The notes under the pieces are model-generated. The model saw only the letters and a list, made by a program, of their open reading frames with translations. It did no database searches and was not told where the DNA came from. This document shows, in pieces, positions 9,610 through 19,253 of a stretch of 45,482 nucleotides of DNA. Position 1 is the first letter of the stretch. Each line of letters starts with the position of its first letter. This DNA comes from a virus (lineage: Duplodnaviria > Caudoviricetes): the IMG/VR virus record IMGVR_UViG_3300014208_000063, positions 1 through 45,482 of that record; one strand, given 5' to 3'. The translations under genes were made by a program, and so were the position numbers.

Positions 9610-10458
9610 ATGAGTGAAAACGAACAACAAGAACAGCAGGGTAGAGCTTGGTTGCATAATATGCAAATGATGAATACTGTCATATCTCAAATGAAAGAGA
9701 TACCAATTCTACCCTCTGAAGAAGTCAAGGAACAAAATGCTTTGTTAAAAGTTGAGTTCCCAGAAGAAGGCGGTGTGCTAACTTATATAGAAGGCTATGA
9801 TGAGCCATATAGAGGTTTCCCTTATGCTGAATTCGTAGAAAAGATTGATACAATGAAAAAGATTGTTCGTACTACACTCAGTGGCACATATCACGAGTTA
9901 AAGAGACGACCTAAAATAGCTTTAATAACTATTTTACCTGCTCTATGGTTAATACGACCAGTAATACGTATTTCTGTATATGTATTTTATAGAATGATTG
10001 AGAGATTTAAAATTAAAACAATTAGATACTCTCAACCTATACAAGAATTACACAGAATATTAAGCCTAGAACCTAAAAAAGATAGTCCTAAGTTTAGACG
10101 TCAATTAAGAGATTTAATCTGTATGACAGCTGAATTTGACAATGCTTATAGGTTTAGAATGCAAGATATTCTAGTTAATTTAGACAAGGAAGCTCTTAAA
10201 CAGAATCCTATCAAAGAAATACTACGATTATTTGAAATATTACAAGGTAGAGAAAAGACTCAAGAGATTCGTGATACGTGGAAGTTAGTAAAGTTTTTTA
10301 TAACTTACTATCTAAGGTTTGATAAGGAATTGTTAAGTATTTTAACAACAGCTTTATCAGGTTTAAATAAAAAAGAGTTCAAACTATCCAAAGAGGACAA
10401 GGTATTTTGTAAGCCTCGTAAGGATTATAAGTTTGGATTCTTAGATAACAACAAATAA
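9610..10458 (+). CDS. Hypothetical protein, basic and helical, with one hydrophobic segment
   Basis: 282 aa; IALITILPALWLI segment; no family recognised. Confidence 0.7.
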   Translation: MSENEQQEQQGRAWLHNMQMMNTVISQMKEIPILPSEEVKEQNALLKVEFPEEGGVLTYIEGYDEPYRGFPYAEFVEKIDTMKKIVRTTLSGTYHELKRRPKIALITILPALWLIRPVIRISVYVFYRMIERFKIKTIRYSQPIQELHRILSLEPKKDSPKFRRQLRDLICMTAEFDNAYRFRMQDILVNLDKEALKQNPIKEILRLFEILQGREKTQEIRDTWKLVKFFITYYLRFDKELLSILTTALSGLNKKEFKLSKEDKVFCKPRKDYKFGFLDNNK

Positions 10459-10459
10459 G

Positions 10460-10831
10460 ATGGGATACTATTTTTCAAGAGATAAAACACCAGAGTATCG
10501 TAGTGCTACGTTAGAAAGTGCAGCTACTACTTCTACTATTTGGACTCCCAGAACTGGTAATAAATGGGTTGTAGACAGTCTTACAATAGCAGCTAATTTA
10601 GGTGCTGTAATTAAATTCTATAAAGGAACAACTACATCAGGCCCTGATGCGATAGCGACTTTTGTAGTTGGTGGAAGTGATTATATATCTTTAAATGCTA
10701 TTATAGATGGTTCTGCTACTACTAATTATCTTTATGCGACAACCGATACAGGTTCAACAGGTGGCCAGTACATTTTTGCTACTGGTTTTGAAGATACTTT
10801 AGATGATGTAGTAAACGAAACAGGAGTCTAA
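10460..10831 (+). CDS. Putative virion protein (small beta-sandwich-type domain)
   Basis: Thr/Gly-rich; pattern loosely similar to the domains in 11176, 14375, 16575 and 18060. Confidence 0.55.
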   Translation: MGYYFSRDKTPEYRSATLESAATTSTIWTPRTGNKWVVDSLTIAANLGAVIKFYKGTTTSGPDAIATFVVGGSDYISLNAIIDGSATTNYLYATTDTGSTGGQYIFATGFEDTLDDVVNETGV

Positions 10832-10882
10832 TTTGACTTATAAGATGATTAAGGTGGCAGAACAAAAAAGTTCTGTGTTTCA

Positions 10883-11173
10883 ATGTGTATGTTAAATGTA
10901 AAAATACAATTTGATAAACCAAACTCTGATATTAATGATAATCAACCAAACTCTAGTTTAGTTACTAACAACATTAATTCTAGTATAGAAGATGACAGAC
11001 CTAATTCTGTAACAGCACATAGTTTTCAAGCTACTACTGTAAGCACTCCTTCAGGAATATCAGCTGGTATGCCTATAGGGTTACTACTAGCGTTGACTTA
11101 TGCTGGAGACCCTGGTCCTACTATTGAAAACTTTATTGGAAAATCACCAAATGTAACAATTAAAGATTATTAA
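10883..11173 (+). CDS. Hypothetical virion-associated protein
   Basis: Asn/Ser-rich with DxPNS repeats and a GMPIGLLLALTY motif. Confidence 0.55.
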   Translation: MCMLNVKIQFDKPNSDINDNQPNSSLVTNNINSSIEDDRPNSVTAHSFQATTVSTPSGISAGMPIGLLLALTYAGDPGPTIENFIGKSPNVTIKDY

Positions 11174-11175
11174 AA

Positions 11176-11997
11176 ATGGCAGACTCAAATGTAGAAATAA
11201 CAGCTGGGACTGGTACTAATATAGATACCAGAACAGAAGCAGGTGGCGATCATCGTCAGGTGATTGTTCTTGGCGACCCATCAGTAACAGATTCAGTAGC
11301 AGAGGTTAGAGCAACAGACCCTGATAGTAATTCAGAAGGAATTGTTGTCAGAGATGTTAACACTTCAGCTATTGTTTCTCGTTTAGCTAGTACCCTTACA
11401 ATAAAAACAGACCCTGGTTATGAATTAGGCTCTATTAAAGGTATAAACAGTACTGTGGCGATTTATTTTGATAGAGGCGAGCCAACAGTAATAGCAAAAG
11501 CTGGTACAGGAACATTTACAGTTAAATTTGACCCTGGTTATGAACTTGGTTCAGTTAAGAGTATAAATTCTACTGTAGCAGTTTACTTTGACCAGTCTAA
11601 CCCTAGTGTAAATGTTGGAACACCATCAGTAAATGATTTAAGTGGAACAGCTATTTTACCTCAGGTGTTATCTGGTTCATTTACGGGAAGTTATCCTAGT
11701 GGATATACTATAAAAGCTCCGATAGCTAGTAGAGTTATAAAAGTATATGCCTATTCATTAACAACTACAGCTCAGGCTAGTTCAGTGGTTAAATTCGGAG
11801 ATGGTGGAGCTGCTGGTACTACATTTACAGAAACAGCTTTGTATGCTCCTAGTCAGGGTATATCTGGTAGTAATCAACAAGTTACCCCACCAGGGTATCT
11901 ATTTGCAACAGCTAGTGGTTCAACATTAGCTATTAAGTGTGATGAAACAACATCACTTATACATTATACAGTATCTTATTTCTTAGAATCAGCATAA
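11176..11997 (+). CDS. Putative virion fibre/decoration protein with internal repeats
   Basis: Two DPGYELGSxKxINSTVAxYFD repeats; C-terminal domain paralogous to that of 14375-16570. Confidence 0.7.
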   Translation: MADSNVEITAGTGTNIDTRTEAGGDHRQVIVLGDPSVTDSVAEVRATDPDSNSEGIVVRDVNTSAIVSRLASTLTIKTDPGYELGSIKGINSTVAIYFDRGEPTVIAKAGTGTFTVKFDPGYELGSVKSINSTVAVYFDQSNPSVNVGTPSVNDLSGTAILPQVLSGSFTGSYPSGYTIKAPIASRVIKVYAYSLTTTAQASSVVKFGDGGAAGTTFTETALYAPSQGISGSNQQVTPPGYLFATASGSTLAIKCDETTSLIHYTVSYFLESA

Positions 11998-11998
11998 T

Positions 11999-12661
11999 AT
12001 GGCAATAGCATTTGACAACGCAACAAGTGGTTTTACAGTCAGTTCGGCTACTCATACAATATCATCATTTGTTACAACAGGAAGTGATATAGTTTTAACT
12101 GTTGGTGTTCTTTCTACCTCTAATGCTATATCTGGGGTTACTTTTGGTGGAAATGCTATGACACAAGTCGGCACTGAAATCACTATGGGTAATGGATATA
12201 AAACCTCTCAATGGATTTATAAAGTTGGAAGTGCTACTACTGCGAATATAGTCGCTACTGTTGGTGGTTCTGCTGGTAATGTGTTTGTAGCTGCCGCTTC
12301 TTATACAGGATGCGACCAATCTACACAACCAGATAATTCAGGACAGACATATTTTTCAATTGTTAGTACATCAGATGCTAGTTCTTTAACACCTACGGTA
12401 GATGATTGTTGGGTAGTATGTTATGCAGGAGATGAGGGAGAAGCACCAGCAGCAGGAGCAAACACAACATTACGAGTAGCTCAAGTAGTTCACGGTATTT
12501 TTGATAATAATGCTGCTATAAATCCTGCAGCAAGTACTACAATAACAACAACCACATCTTCCAGTAATAGAAGTTCCCATCATTTATTGTCTTTAACACC
12601 AATAGCTGGTGGGGGAGCAGTAGACACAATAAACTCACTTAATTTATTAGGAGTACAATAA
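11999..12661 (+). CDS. Putative virion beta-sandwich protein
   Basis: MAIAFDNATS start, Ser/Thr-rich, C-terminal SLNLLGVQ. Confidence 0.65.
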   Translation: MAIAFDNATSGFTVSSATHTISSFVTTGSDIVLTVGVLSTSNAISGVTFGGNAMTQVGTEITMGNGYKTSQWIYKVGSATTANIVATVGGSAGNVFVAAASYTGCDQSTQPDNSGQTYFSIVSTSDASSLTPTVDDCWVVCYAGDEGEAPAAGANTTLRVAQVVHGIFDNNAAINPAASTTITTTTSSSNRSSHHLLSLTPIAGGGAVDTINSLNLLGVQ

Positions 12662-12662
12662 T

Positions 12663-14054
12663 ATGGCAAAAACACTTTTAACAGACAATACAAACTTAAC
12701 CAACGATAAACAATATACTTTTTTATCTCAAGATGTTGTGGCTACTGGCTCAACAATAAGAGTTCAAAGTATAATTGGTTTTGAATCACTTACCACTTCA
12801 TCTGGTCAGATACTTTGTATTGGTAAAATAGGCGATGAAAAGACTGAAATAAGACGCACTTCTAATACTACAGCTTTAAGTACAACTTATAATCAAGTTA
12901 CTTTAAGAGATACATTACAATTTAATCACCCACAAGATACTCCAGTATATATAATTGATTGGGATAGAGTAGAAATTCAACACGCTACTACTGTTTCAGG
13001 GTCTAAGTCTACAATAGTAACTTACCCTTATAATATTACTCCCGATCAGGAAAACACAATAATAAAAGATAGTTCTAAAACTAGTGGTTATTACTTTACT
13101 CGTTTTAATGAAACCATAGGTAATACTAGCTCTAATTGGTCAGACGCTATACCCTATGGGGGTTTTGATGCTAATTCAGTAGCCAAGATTAAAGAAAGAG
13201 CATTAAACTCTCTAGGCGAGGAAGTAGATGGAAAACTAATAACCCACGAACTTCTAGATGAATGGTTATGGGAAGCTAGACGACAATATCACGAAGCTCC
13301 TGGCAAAAGACCATTTAGACGAAAGTACAATACTGCTATAGGCAGTGTAGTAACTGGTAGTTTTAGAATTGATTTACCAACAGACGTAGAAAGACCTTAT
13401 TCAGCTGAAAATGTATTTGGTGTAAGAATAGGCACGGAAGATAATATGAATTTCTACGACAAGAAAGAATATGACTTTGATTATCGCAATAAGCCTCATT
13501 CTACCTTAGATGTGCCATATACAGTCAATACTAGCACCTCTATTTGGCTCGCAAATGGGCGTGATTTTAGCGATTCTGCTGTTATATCGGTAGAAGGTAC
13601 TAATATCGGATTATCACGTGTTACAGGCGAAACTGGGAGCTTCTACGTGTATTCTCACGGTGATTGGTCAGCTTCAGCTGGTTCTGATGCCTTTCAAAAC
13701 ATAGATGCTGGACTTCCTGACAAATTTACAGTTTGGGCTAACCCAGAAGGCAGTGCTTATATATATTTTAACAGACCATTTTCTACTACCTATGTAAATC
13801 AGAATATTTGGTGTGATTATTATAGAACTTTAGTCGGCTATAACTCAGACGGAGATATTTTAGACGAACCCGACTATGATATGTATATTTATTTCTTAAA
13901 AGCTAAAATTAAGGATAGGAAAAGTAAAGGAGAATTTGACATAACTAAAGATTCAGACTTCCAACAGTGGATACTATATAAAGATATGGCTTTAAAGAAA
14001 GAATATGCTGGAGTTGAATTAAGAATGTTCCCAGATATAGAACATTTACCATAA
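12663..14054 (+). CDS. Putative head-tail adaptor / tail tubular protein with N-terminal extension
   Basis: C-terminal half has a helical-beta-helical adaptor layout (IKERALNSLGE...DLPTD...GLPDKFTVW...DYYR); position in the tail module. Confidence 0.55.
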   Translation: MAKTLLTDNTNLTNDKQYTFLSQDVVATGSTIRVQSIIGFESLTTSSGQILCIGKIGDEKTEIRRTSNTTALSTTYNQVTLRDTLQFNHPQDTPVYIIDWDRVEIQHATTVSGSKSTIVTYPYNITPDQENTIIKDSSKTSGYYFTRFNETIGNTSSNWSDAIPYGGFDANSVAKIKERALNSLGEEVDGKLITHELLDEWLWEARRQYHEAPGKRPFRRKYNTAIGSVVTGSFRIDLPTDVERPYSAENVFGVRIGTEDNMNFYDKKEYDFDYRNKPHSTLDVPYTVNTSTSIWLANGRDFSDSAVISVEGTNIGLSRVTGETGSFYVYSHGDWSASAGSDAFQNIDAGLPDKFTVWANPEGSAYIYFNRPFSTTYVNQNIWCDYYRTLVGYNSDGDILDEPDYDMYIYFLKAKIKDRKSKGEFDITKDSDFQQWILYKDMALKKEYAGVELRMFPDIEHLP

Positions 14055-14058
14055 AATT

Positions 14059-14373
14059 ATGCCAGGCGATAAAGAAAGATTACAACCAACAACACCTGAT
14101 TATGCGTCAGTAGGAACATCTACAACGCAGATATTGCCTTTTAGATATGTTAGAGCAGGTGCTACATTCATTAACATTTCAGATAATTTTATAACACTAA
14201 GATTAGATGGTACAGCTTCAGTAGATATGTATAGTGGAATTACTCTATCTCCTGGTGGTGGTACTTGGACAATGGATGAATATACTCTAACTAATGATAA
14301 AATATATGCCAAAGCTAGTGGAGCTAGTTCTACACTTTGTATACAAGAATTTATAAACGGAGCAGAAGACTAA
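14059..14373 (+). CDS. Putative small virion protein
   Basis: 104 aa beta-rich; GITLSPGGG motif. Confidence 0.55.
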   Translation: MPGDKERLQPTTPDYASVGTSTTQILPFRYVRAGATFINISDNFITLRLDGTASVDMYSGITLSPGGGTWTMDEYTLTNDKIYAKASGASSTLCIQEFINGAED

Positions 14374-14374
14374 T

Positions 14375-16570
14375 ATGGGAGTAGTAAATACAAAATCAAA
14401 TACAATGTATGTAAACTTTGACCCTAATAATCAAAGTTTTACTCCTATTTCTTCGGTTGTAGATAGTGGAAACTCTAGCACAGACCAACTTGCTAATGGC
14501 GCTAACTTTACTGGTACAGGATTTGATTGCACTGGATATTCTAATGTAGGTATCACTATTCATAGTGATAAGGATTCAGCAGCTTCAGGAATAAAGTTTC
14601 AATTCTCAATGGATAACACTAATTGGGACGATACTTATTCTTTTACTTTAGATGCTTCTGCTTCAACTACTCGTAGGTTTCAGTTTCCAGTATGTGCTAG
14701 ATATTTTAGAGTTTTTTATACCAACGGAACTACTCTAACTACTGAATTTAGATGTCAAACTATAGTTCATAGGTCTAACATTTTGACTTCAATTCATAGA
14801 CTAGATGATACTATTAAACAAGATAGGTCAACACAGATAGTCAAAGCTGTTACTGCGGCTAAATATAACGAACAACAATCTTATACTTCTGTTGCCGAAG
14901 GAGAGTATGATAATCTTTCTATTACTGCTTGGAGAGAATTAAGAACTAAAGACCAAAGACAACTTGATTTAGCAAATTGCAATGACTCCACTGCCTTTAC
15001 TGTTTTAGGAAATGACACTACTAATCTAGCTAATACAGTTGACCACGTTTTTGGAACTGGAGCAATTACTTTTGATAAGGTCAATGGTTTAGCTAATACA
15101 GTTTATGCTGGTGTTCAAGATACTATTACATCTTTAAATGTTAGTGAGATATTTGAGTCTGGTGGATTTGTAGGATTAGGATGTAAACTTACATCTCTAG
15201 CTGATGTAGTATCTGTATTTTTAAGAATAGGAACAGATTCTAGTAATTATAATGAGTGGGAATGGGCAGTAGCAGACTTAACTGTTAGTCGTTGGATGGC
15301 ACTTAGAGCGGCTACAAGCCAACCTTCTGGTTATGCTGGTAATGGTTGGAATCCAGCCGCAGTAACTTATATAGCCTTTGGTGTGGAATTTAGTGATGAA
15401 ACAGATACTTTAGCAGGAATTAAATTTGATAATGTCCATTTAGTAGGTGGTAGGGTAACTGATTCTACTATTGATGCTACTCTTACCAGTTCTATAAACA
15501 CTCCTAATATAAATGTTCATAGGATGGGTGGCACTCCAACTGATGTAAGTGCTGGAAATTATAGTGCTGGAACACAGAGAGTTGTTTTGGCTACTAACCA
15601 ACCAGAAATTCCTGCAATAACAAGAGTTAAAAGCCTAGTAGATGGTACAGTAAGTATAAGCAATAGACCAGATATTAATCGTGTTCATAATATAGTTGAT
15701 GGCACTATGTCCATAAGTAGTATAAACAGTACAGTCGCTGTGTATTTTGATCCAGCAAGTCCATCAGTTAGTGCTACTTTTGGCGGAACTATGGCTGTTT
15801 ACTTTGATCAGTCAAATCCAAAAGTAAATTTAGGAACTGATGTAGTAAATGTAGACGCCACTGGACAAGGAGATGTGCCTATCACTTTAGATGGAGAGAA
15901 TGTAGGAATATCTGATGGTACTTTAGATTATGTAACAAGAGTTAGAAATATAGTTGATGGTACTTTAACAACTGTAGCTAATGTTACAAATATAACTAAT
16001 ACAGTTGGTGTTAATATTGGGATAACAGAAGGAACTATTACTGTAAGAACAGACCCTAGCTATGAACTCGGCTCAATCAAAGGCATTAACTCTACTGTAG
16101 CTATCTATTTTGACCAGTCAGAGCCAACAGTAAAAGCTGAGCAATCAGGAACTTATGCTATATATTTTGACCAATCTAACCCAAAAGTTAATCTTGGTAC
16201 AGATATAGTTAATACTACTGGTACTATTCTTATTTCTAATTCAGCTACAGGTACTTATACAGGAACAAGTGATTTAGGTAAGACTTTGGCTTCACCGATA
16301 GCTAATTCAAATATAAAAGTGTTTGCTTACTCTGTTCAAACTACAGGAGTAGTAAGTACAGTTGCTAAGTTTACTAATGGCTCTTCAACTGATTTATGGA
16401 CAGCTTTAGCTACACCAGCAGCTAGTGCTTCGGAAATAAGAGGTGCTAATATGGCAGTAGAACCACCTGGATATATATTCGCTACTGGAGCTAATGTTAC
16501 TTTAGCACTTCATACAGGTAATGCTACTTTAGTTCATTATTCAGTAAGTTATTTTAGAGAATCAGTATAA
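14375..16570 (+). CDS. Multidomain tail fibre / receptor-binding-like protein
   Basis: 731 aa, Ser/Thr/Asn-rich; repeated (V/I)YFDQS and RVxNIVDGT units; possible carbohydrate-binding module in the middle; shares its C-terminal domain with 11176. Confidence 0.7.
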   Translation: MGVVNTKSNTMYVNFDPNNQSFTPISSVVDSGNSSTDQLANGANFTGTGFDCTGYSNVGITIHSDKDSAASGIKFQFSMDNTNWDDTYSFTLDASASTTRRFQFPVCARYFRVFYTNGTTLTTEFRCQTIVHRSNILTSIHRLDDTIKQDRSTQIVKAVTAAKYNEQQSYTSVAEGEYDNLSITAWRELRTKDQRQLDLANCNDSTAFTVLGNDTTNLANTVDHVFGTGAITFDKVNGLANTVYAGVQDTITSLNVSEIFESGGFVGLGCKLTSLADVVSVFLRIGTDSSNYNEWEWAVADLTVSRWMALRAATSQPSGYAGNGWNPAAVTYIAFGVEFSDETDTLAGIKFDNVHLVGGRVTDSTIDATLTSSINTPNINVHRMGGTPTDVSAGNYSAGTQRVVLATNQPEIPAITRVKSLVDGTVSISNRPDINRVHNIVDGTMSISSINSTVAVYFDPASPSVSATFGGTMAVYFDQSNPKVNLGTDVVNVDATGQGDVPITLDGENVGISDGTLDYVTRVRNIVDGTLTTVANVTNITNTVGVNIGITEGTITVRTDPSYELGSIKGINSTVAIYFDQSEPTVKAEQSGTYAIYFDQSNPKVNLGTDIVNTTGTILISNSATGTYTGTSDLGKTLASPIANSNIKVFAYSVQTTGVVSTVAKFTNGSSTDLWTALATPAASASEIRGANMAVEPPGYIFATGANVTLALHTGNATLVHYSVSYFRESV

Positions 16571-16574
16571 TAAT

Positions 16575-17267
16575 ATGGCAGTTTTAACATCAACACCATT
16601 TGATTTAACAGCAGACGCAGACATAATCGCTGCACCTGGAGCAGGTAACTATCTCCATATTTTAGGTATTCAATTTCATAACAACGATATAACTACTGGA
16701 AATAACAATACTGTTCGTTTAAAAAATGGTAGTGCAGGATCTAACCTTTATGGTGGAGCAACTGGAGCAATTTATACTCCAGCTAAAGGTGGTTCGTTTG
16801 ACCTTTTACCAGATTGTGATTTAGAACCTTATTGGGTACTTTCAGAAAATACTGCTTTGTATATGGATGTTTCAGCGGCATATAGAATATCAGGAGTAGT
16901 ATGGCATTTAACTTCAGCTACTTCAACAATAAATGTACAACACGCTACATTTGATATTACATCATCAACAGCTGTCGTATCAGCAACAGCTAGTCAAACT
17001 ATAAAGGTTGTAGGAATAGCGATGCACAATAATTCAACCACAGCCGATGATACAGTTTTAGTTTATGATGGCGACCCTGACGGAGCAGGTACAGCTTTAT
17101 ATGGAGGTGCTACTGGAGCTGTTCGCCTTATAAATTCAGGTGGACAGTGGGTATTACCACTTAATTATGCTAATCCTTATTTTGAATGTTCAACTAATAC
17201 AGCTCTTTATTTAAAACCAACTGGTGGAATAAGAGTATCAGGAACAATATTTTATTATAAATCATAA
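16575..17267 (+). CDS. Virion protein with two tandem homologous domains
   Basis: GIQFHNN...LYGGATGA...ENTALY...RISG is repeated as GIAMHNN...LYGGATGA...TNTALY...RVSG. Confidence 0.7.
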   Translation: MAVLTSTPFDLTADADIIAAPGAGNYLHILGIQFHNNDITTGNNNTVRLKNGSAGSNLYGGATGAIYTPAKGGSFDLLPDCDLEPYWVLSENTALYMDVSAAYRISGVVWHLTSATSTINVQHATFDITSSTAVVSATASQTIKVVGIAMHNNSTTADDTVLVYDGDPDGAGTALYGGATGAVRLINSGGQWVLPLNYANPYFECSTNTALYLKPTGGIRVSGTIFYYKS

Positions 17268-17851
17268 TGGCATCTACATTAAATTTTAAAACAGACCAGC
17301 CACCAGCAAAACTTACACCTGCTGGACATACAAAAATAGCTACAAGTATAAATCAAACAGCTATTAAATCTTATATTCGTTCTGGTTCTGGTTCATTAAA
17401 AAATCAAAATTTAACACCAGTTAGTACAAATATATATATTCACGCTGCTGCTCCAACCGAACCTGCTGGTGATGGTTCTATAAACACAACAGACTTCACT
17501 GGATTATCAGCTACTCTTTATTCAGCTGCTGCTGGAAATTATATTAAATCATTTACTTCTGAAACTAGTTTTTTTACTGCTGATAAAGATTTTGATAATG
17601 AAGAAGCTATTTGGACAATAACTTATGTAGCATATTATAGTGGAACACCAACAGAAGGCTATACCCCATATGTAAAATTTCAATTTTATAAAAGGGATAG
17701 TTCTAATGTAGATACATCATTATTTAGTGTTAGACCAACAATTTCTACTTTAGTTAGTGAACAATCATATTCATTTAGACCAAGAGGTTCAGTAACTACA
17801 TCAGATAGATTAAGAATAAAAGTTTATGGCGGAGAACAAGCACCAAGTTAA
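17267..17851 (+). CDS. Putative virion protein
   Basis: 194 aa Thr/Ser-rich; TAATG-coupled. Confidence 0.6.
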   Translation: MASTLNFKTDQPPAKLTPAGHTKIATSINQTAIKSYIRSGSGSLKNQNLTPVSTNIYIHAAAPTEPAGDGSINTTDFTGLSATLYSAAAGNYIKSFTSETSFFTADKDFDNEEAIWTITYVAYYSGTPTEGYTPYVKFQFYKRDSSNVDTSLFSVRPTISTLVSEQSYSFRPRGSVTTSDRLRIKVYGGEQAPS

Positions 17852-18059
17852 ATGTTTTAATAAAGGCAAATGTTGTCGTAATTTAGATACTGGGGATGGT
17901 GTCTATGAATTTGATAGTGTAGCTGGTGGAAAAATTCAATTAGAAGTAAAAAATAAAGTATGTCAACATTTAGATTTAAAAACAGGGTTATGTACGATAT
18001 ATGCTAAACGACCTGTTGTTTGTGCTGATTGGTATTGCAAACATTGTAATTGTAAATAA
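17826..18059 (+). CDS. YkgJ/CxxCxxCC-family cysteine-cluster protein
   Basis: CFNKGKCC...CQHLDLKTGLCTIYAKRPVVC matches the Zn/Fe-chelating family pattern. Confidence 0.7.
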   Translation: MAENKHQVKCFNKGKCCRNLDTGDGVYEFDSVAGGKIQLEVKNKVCQHLDLKTGLCTIYAKRPVVCADWYCKHCNCK

Positions 18060-18446
18060 ATGATACACAGTAGAGTAAAATTTGATACTACATCTTTTGC
18101 CTCATTATTATCATCAGATGCTGGTTATAAATATCAAATATACGGATGGGCAATGCATAATAACGGTTCTTCTTATAGTGAAATGAATACTGGTATTAAT
18201 ATTGTAATTGTTACAGGAAATACTAATTTATATGGAACATATAATAGTGGTGCTGGTGCTTTATCTTATGCTGGTGTATGGCAATTACCAATACAAGAAA
18301 ATCCTTATTTTGAAGTTCCAGAAGGAAAAAATCTTTTAATTTCAATTCAAGGTATAAGAGTAAGTGGAACATTATGGTATGAGAAAGTATCTACTGCTGC
18401 CGCTACAACAACACCTTTAAGAATGCTAATGGGTATGGGTATCTAA
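18060..18446 (+). CDS. Virion protein, paralogue of the 16575 domain
   Basis: GWAMHNN...LYG...WQLP...NPYFE...GIRVSGTLWY; C-terminal LRMLMGMGI. Confidence 0.7.
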   Translation: MIHSRVKFDTTSFASLLSSDAGYKYQIYGWAMHNNGSSYSEMNTGINIVIVTGNTNLYGTYNSGAGALSYAGVWQLPIQENPYFEVPEGKNLLISIQGIRVSGTLWYEKVSTAAATTTPLRMLMGMGI

Positions 18447-18462
18447 ATAATAATTAAAATGT

Positions 18463-18705
18463 ATGTCAGAAATTACAAAAGAAACAATTGACGAAATAAT
18501 AAAAAGGATAGATGAAAATGTATCTGAAGCTAAATGGGAGTTAAGAGAAGTAAAACTTCAGACTATTAAGACTAATGGCAATGTCAAAGATTTACAGCTT
18601 TGGAGAGCTAGAGCCAATGGAGCTATAACTGTAATATCAATTGTAATGACAACAATTCTGTTACCTTTAATTCTTTATTTCTTAAAGTTAAAATTATTTT
18701 CATAG
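18463..18705 (+). CDS. Coiled-coil plus C-terminal transmembrane protein (holin/XhlA-like)
   Basis: KTNGNVKDLQLWR followed by a hydrophobic helix. Confidence 0.55.
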   Translation: MSEITKETIDEIIKRIDENVSEAKWELREVKLQTIKTNGNVKDLQLWRARANGAITVISIVMTTILLPLILYFLKLKLFS

Positions 18706-18777
18706 TTCTTTACTCTCTGGGAGCTTATACTCCTAGTAAGTAGAGAAATATAACCCGTACCTTGAAAGGAGCTAGTT

Positions 18778-19017
18778 ATGGCTTGCAAAAGAAGAAGTCG
18801 CGCGAGTGGTAATCCTACTCGGCATCACATTCTTCCCTCCTCGAGAGGTGGGAAAGAAGGCGAAAACATCGCCATCATACCTCGTAGAGAACACCAACTC
18901 TACCACGACCTTTTCAACAATATGACCCCTGACGAGATAATCTGTTATCTCGTCACCACATTCTGGAATGACCAGTGGGTATGGGTAGACATCAGCTACC
19001 GATATGGAGGTAAGTGA
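18778..19017 (+). CDS. Minimal HNH endonuclease-like protein
   Basis: TRHHILPSSRGG...NI...HQLYH motif; AAGGAG SD at 18766-18771. Confidence 0.7.
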   Translation: MACKRRSRASGNPTRHHILPSSRGGKEGENIAIIPRREHQLYHDLFNNMTPDEIICYLVTTFWNDQWVWVDISYRYGGK

Positions 19018-19253
19018 TGCACACATCACTTTGTCTGGGCTGTAATCAGTTCAAATCCCTAACCACTTACTATGTTCTGCCGAACAACAAATACAGGTTT
19101 GACCTGTGCTTCTCCTGCAAGGAGAAACTACAAACGATTGTTGCGAACGCAGAGCTAAGAAATGGTGGTTGGAAAGAACCGAAGCAATTGGAGATACCAG
19201 CGTATTTCCACCTGCTGAAAGAGTTTCTCTTTCCCAAAAAGGAGGGGGCGTAA
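19014..19253 (+). CDS. Zinc-finger protein resembling a degenerate HNH
   Basis: CLGC...LTTYYVLP...LCFSCK; GGAGGT SD at 19006-19011. Confidence 0.55.
   Translation: MMHTSLCLGCNQFKSLTTYYVLPNNKYRFDLCFSCKEKLQTIVANAELRNGGWKEPKQLEIPAYFHLLKEFLFPKKEGA

Noticed and set aside
11400-16120. Repeats between 11176 and 14375 as a possible diversity-generating retroelement TR/VR pair
   Set aside because: Differences are synonymous and not adenine-specific, both copies are coding, and no reverse transcriptase is present
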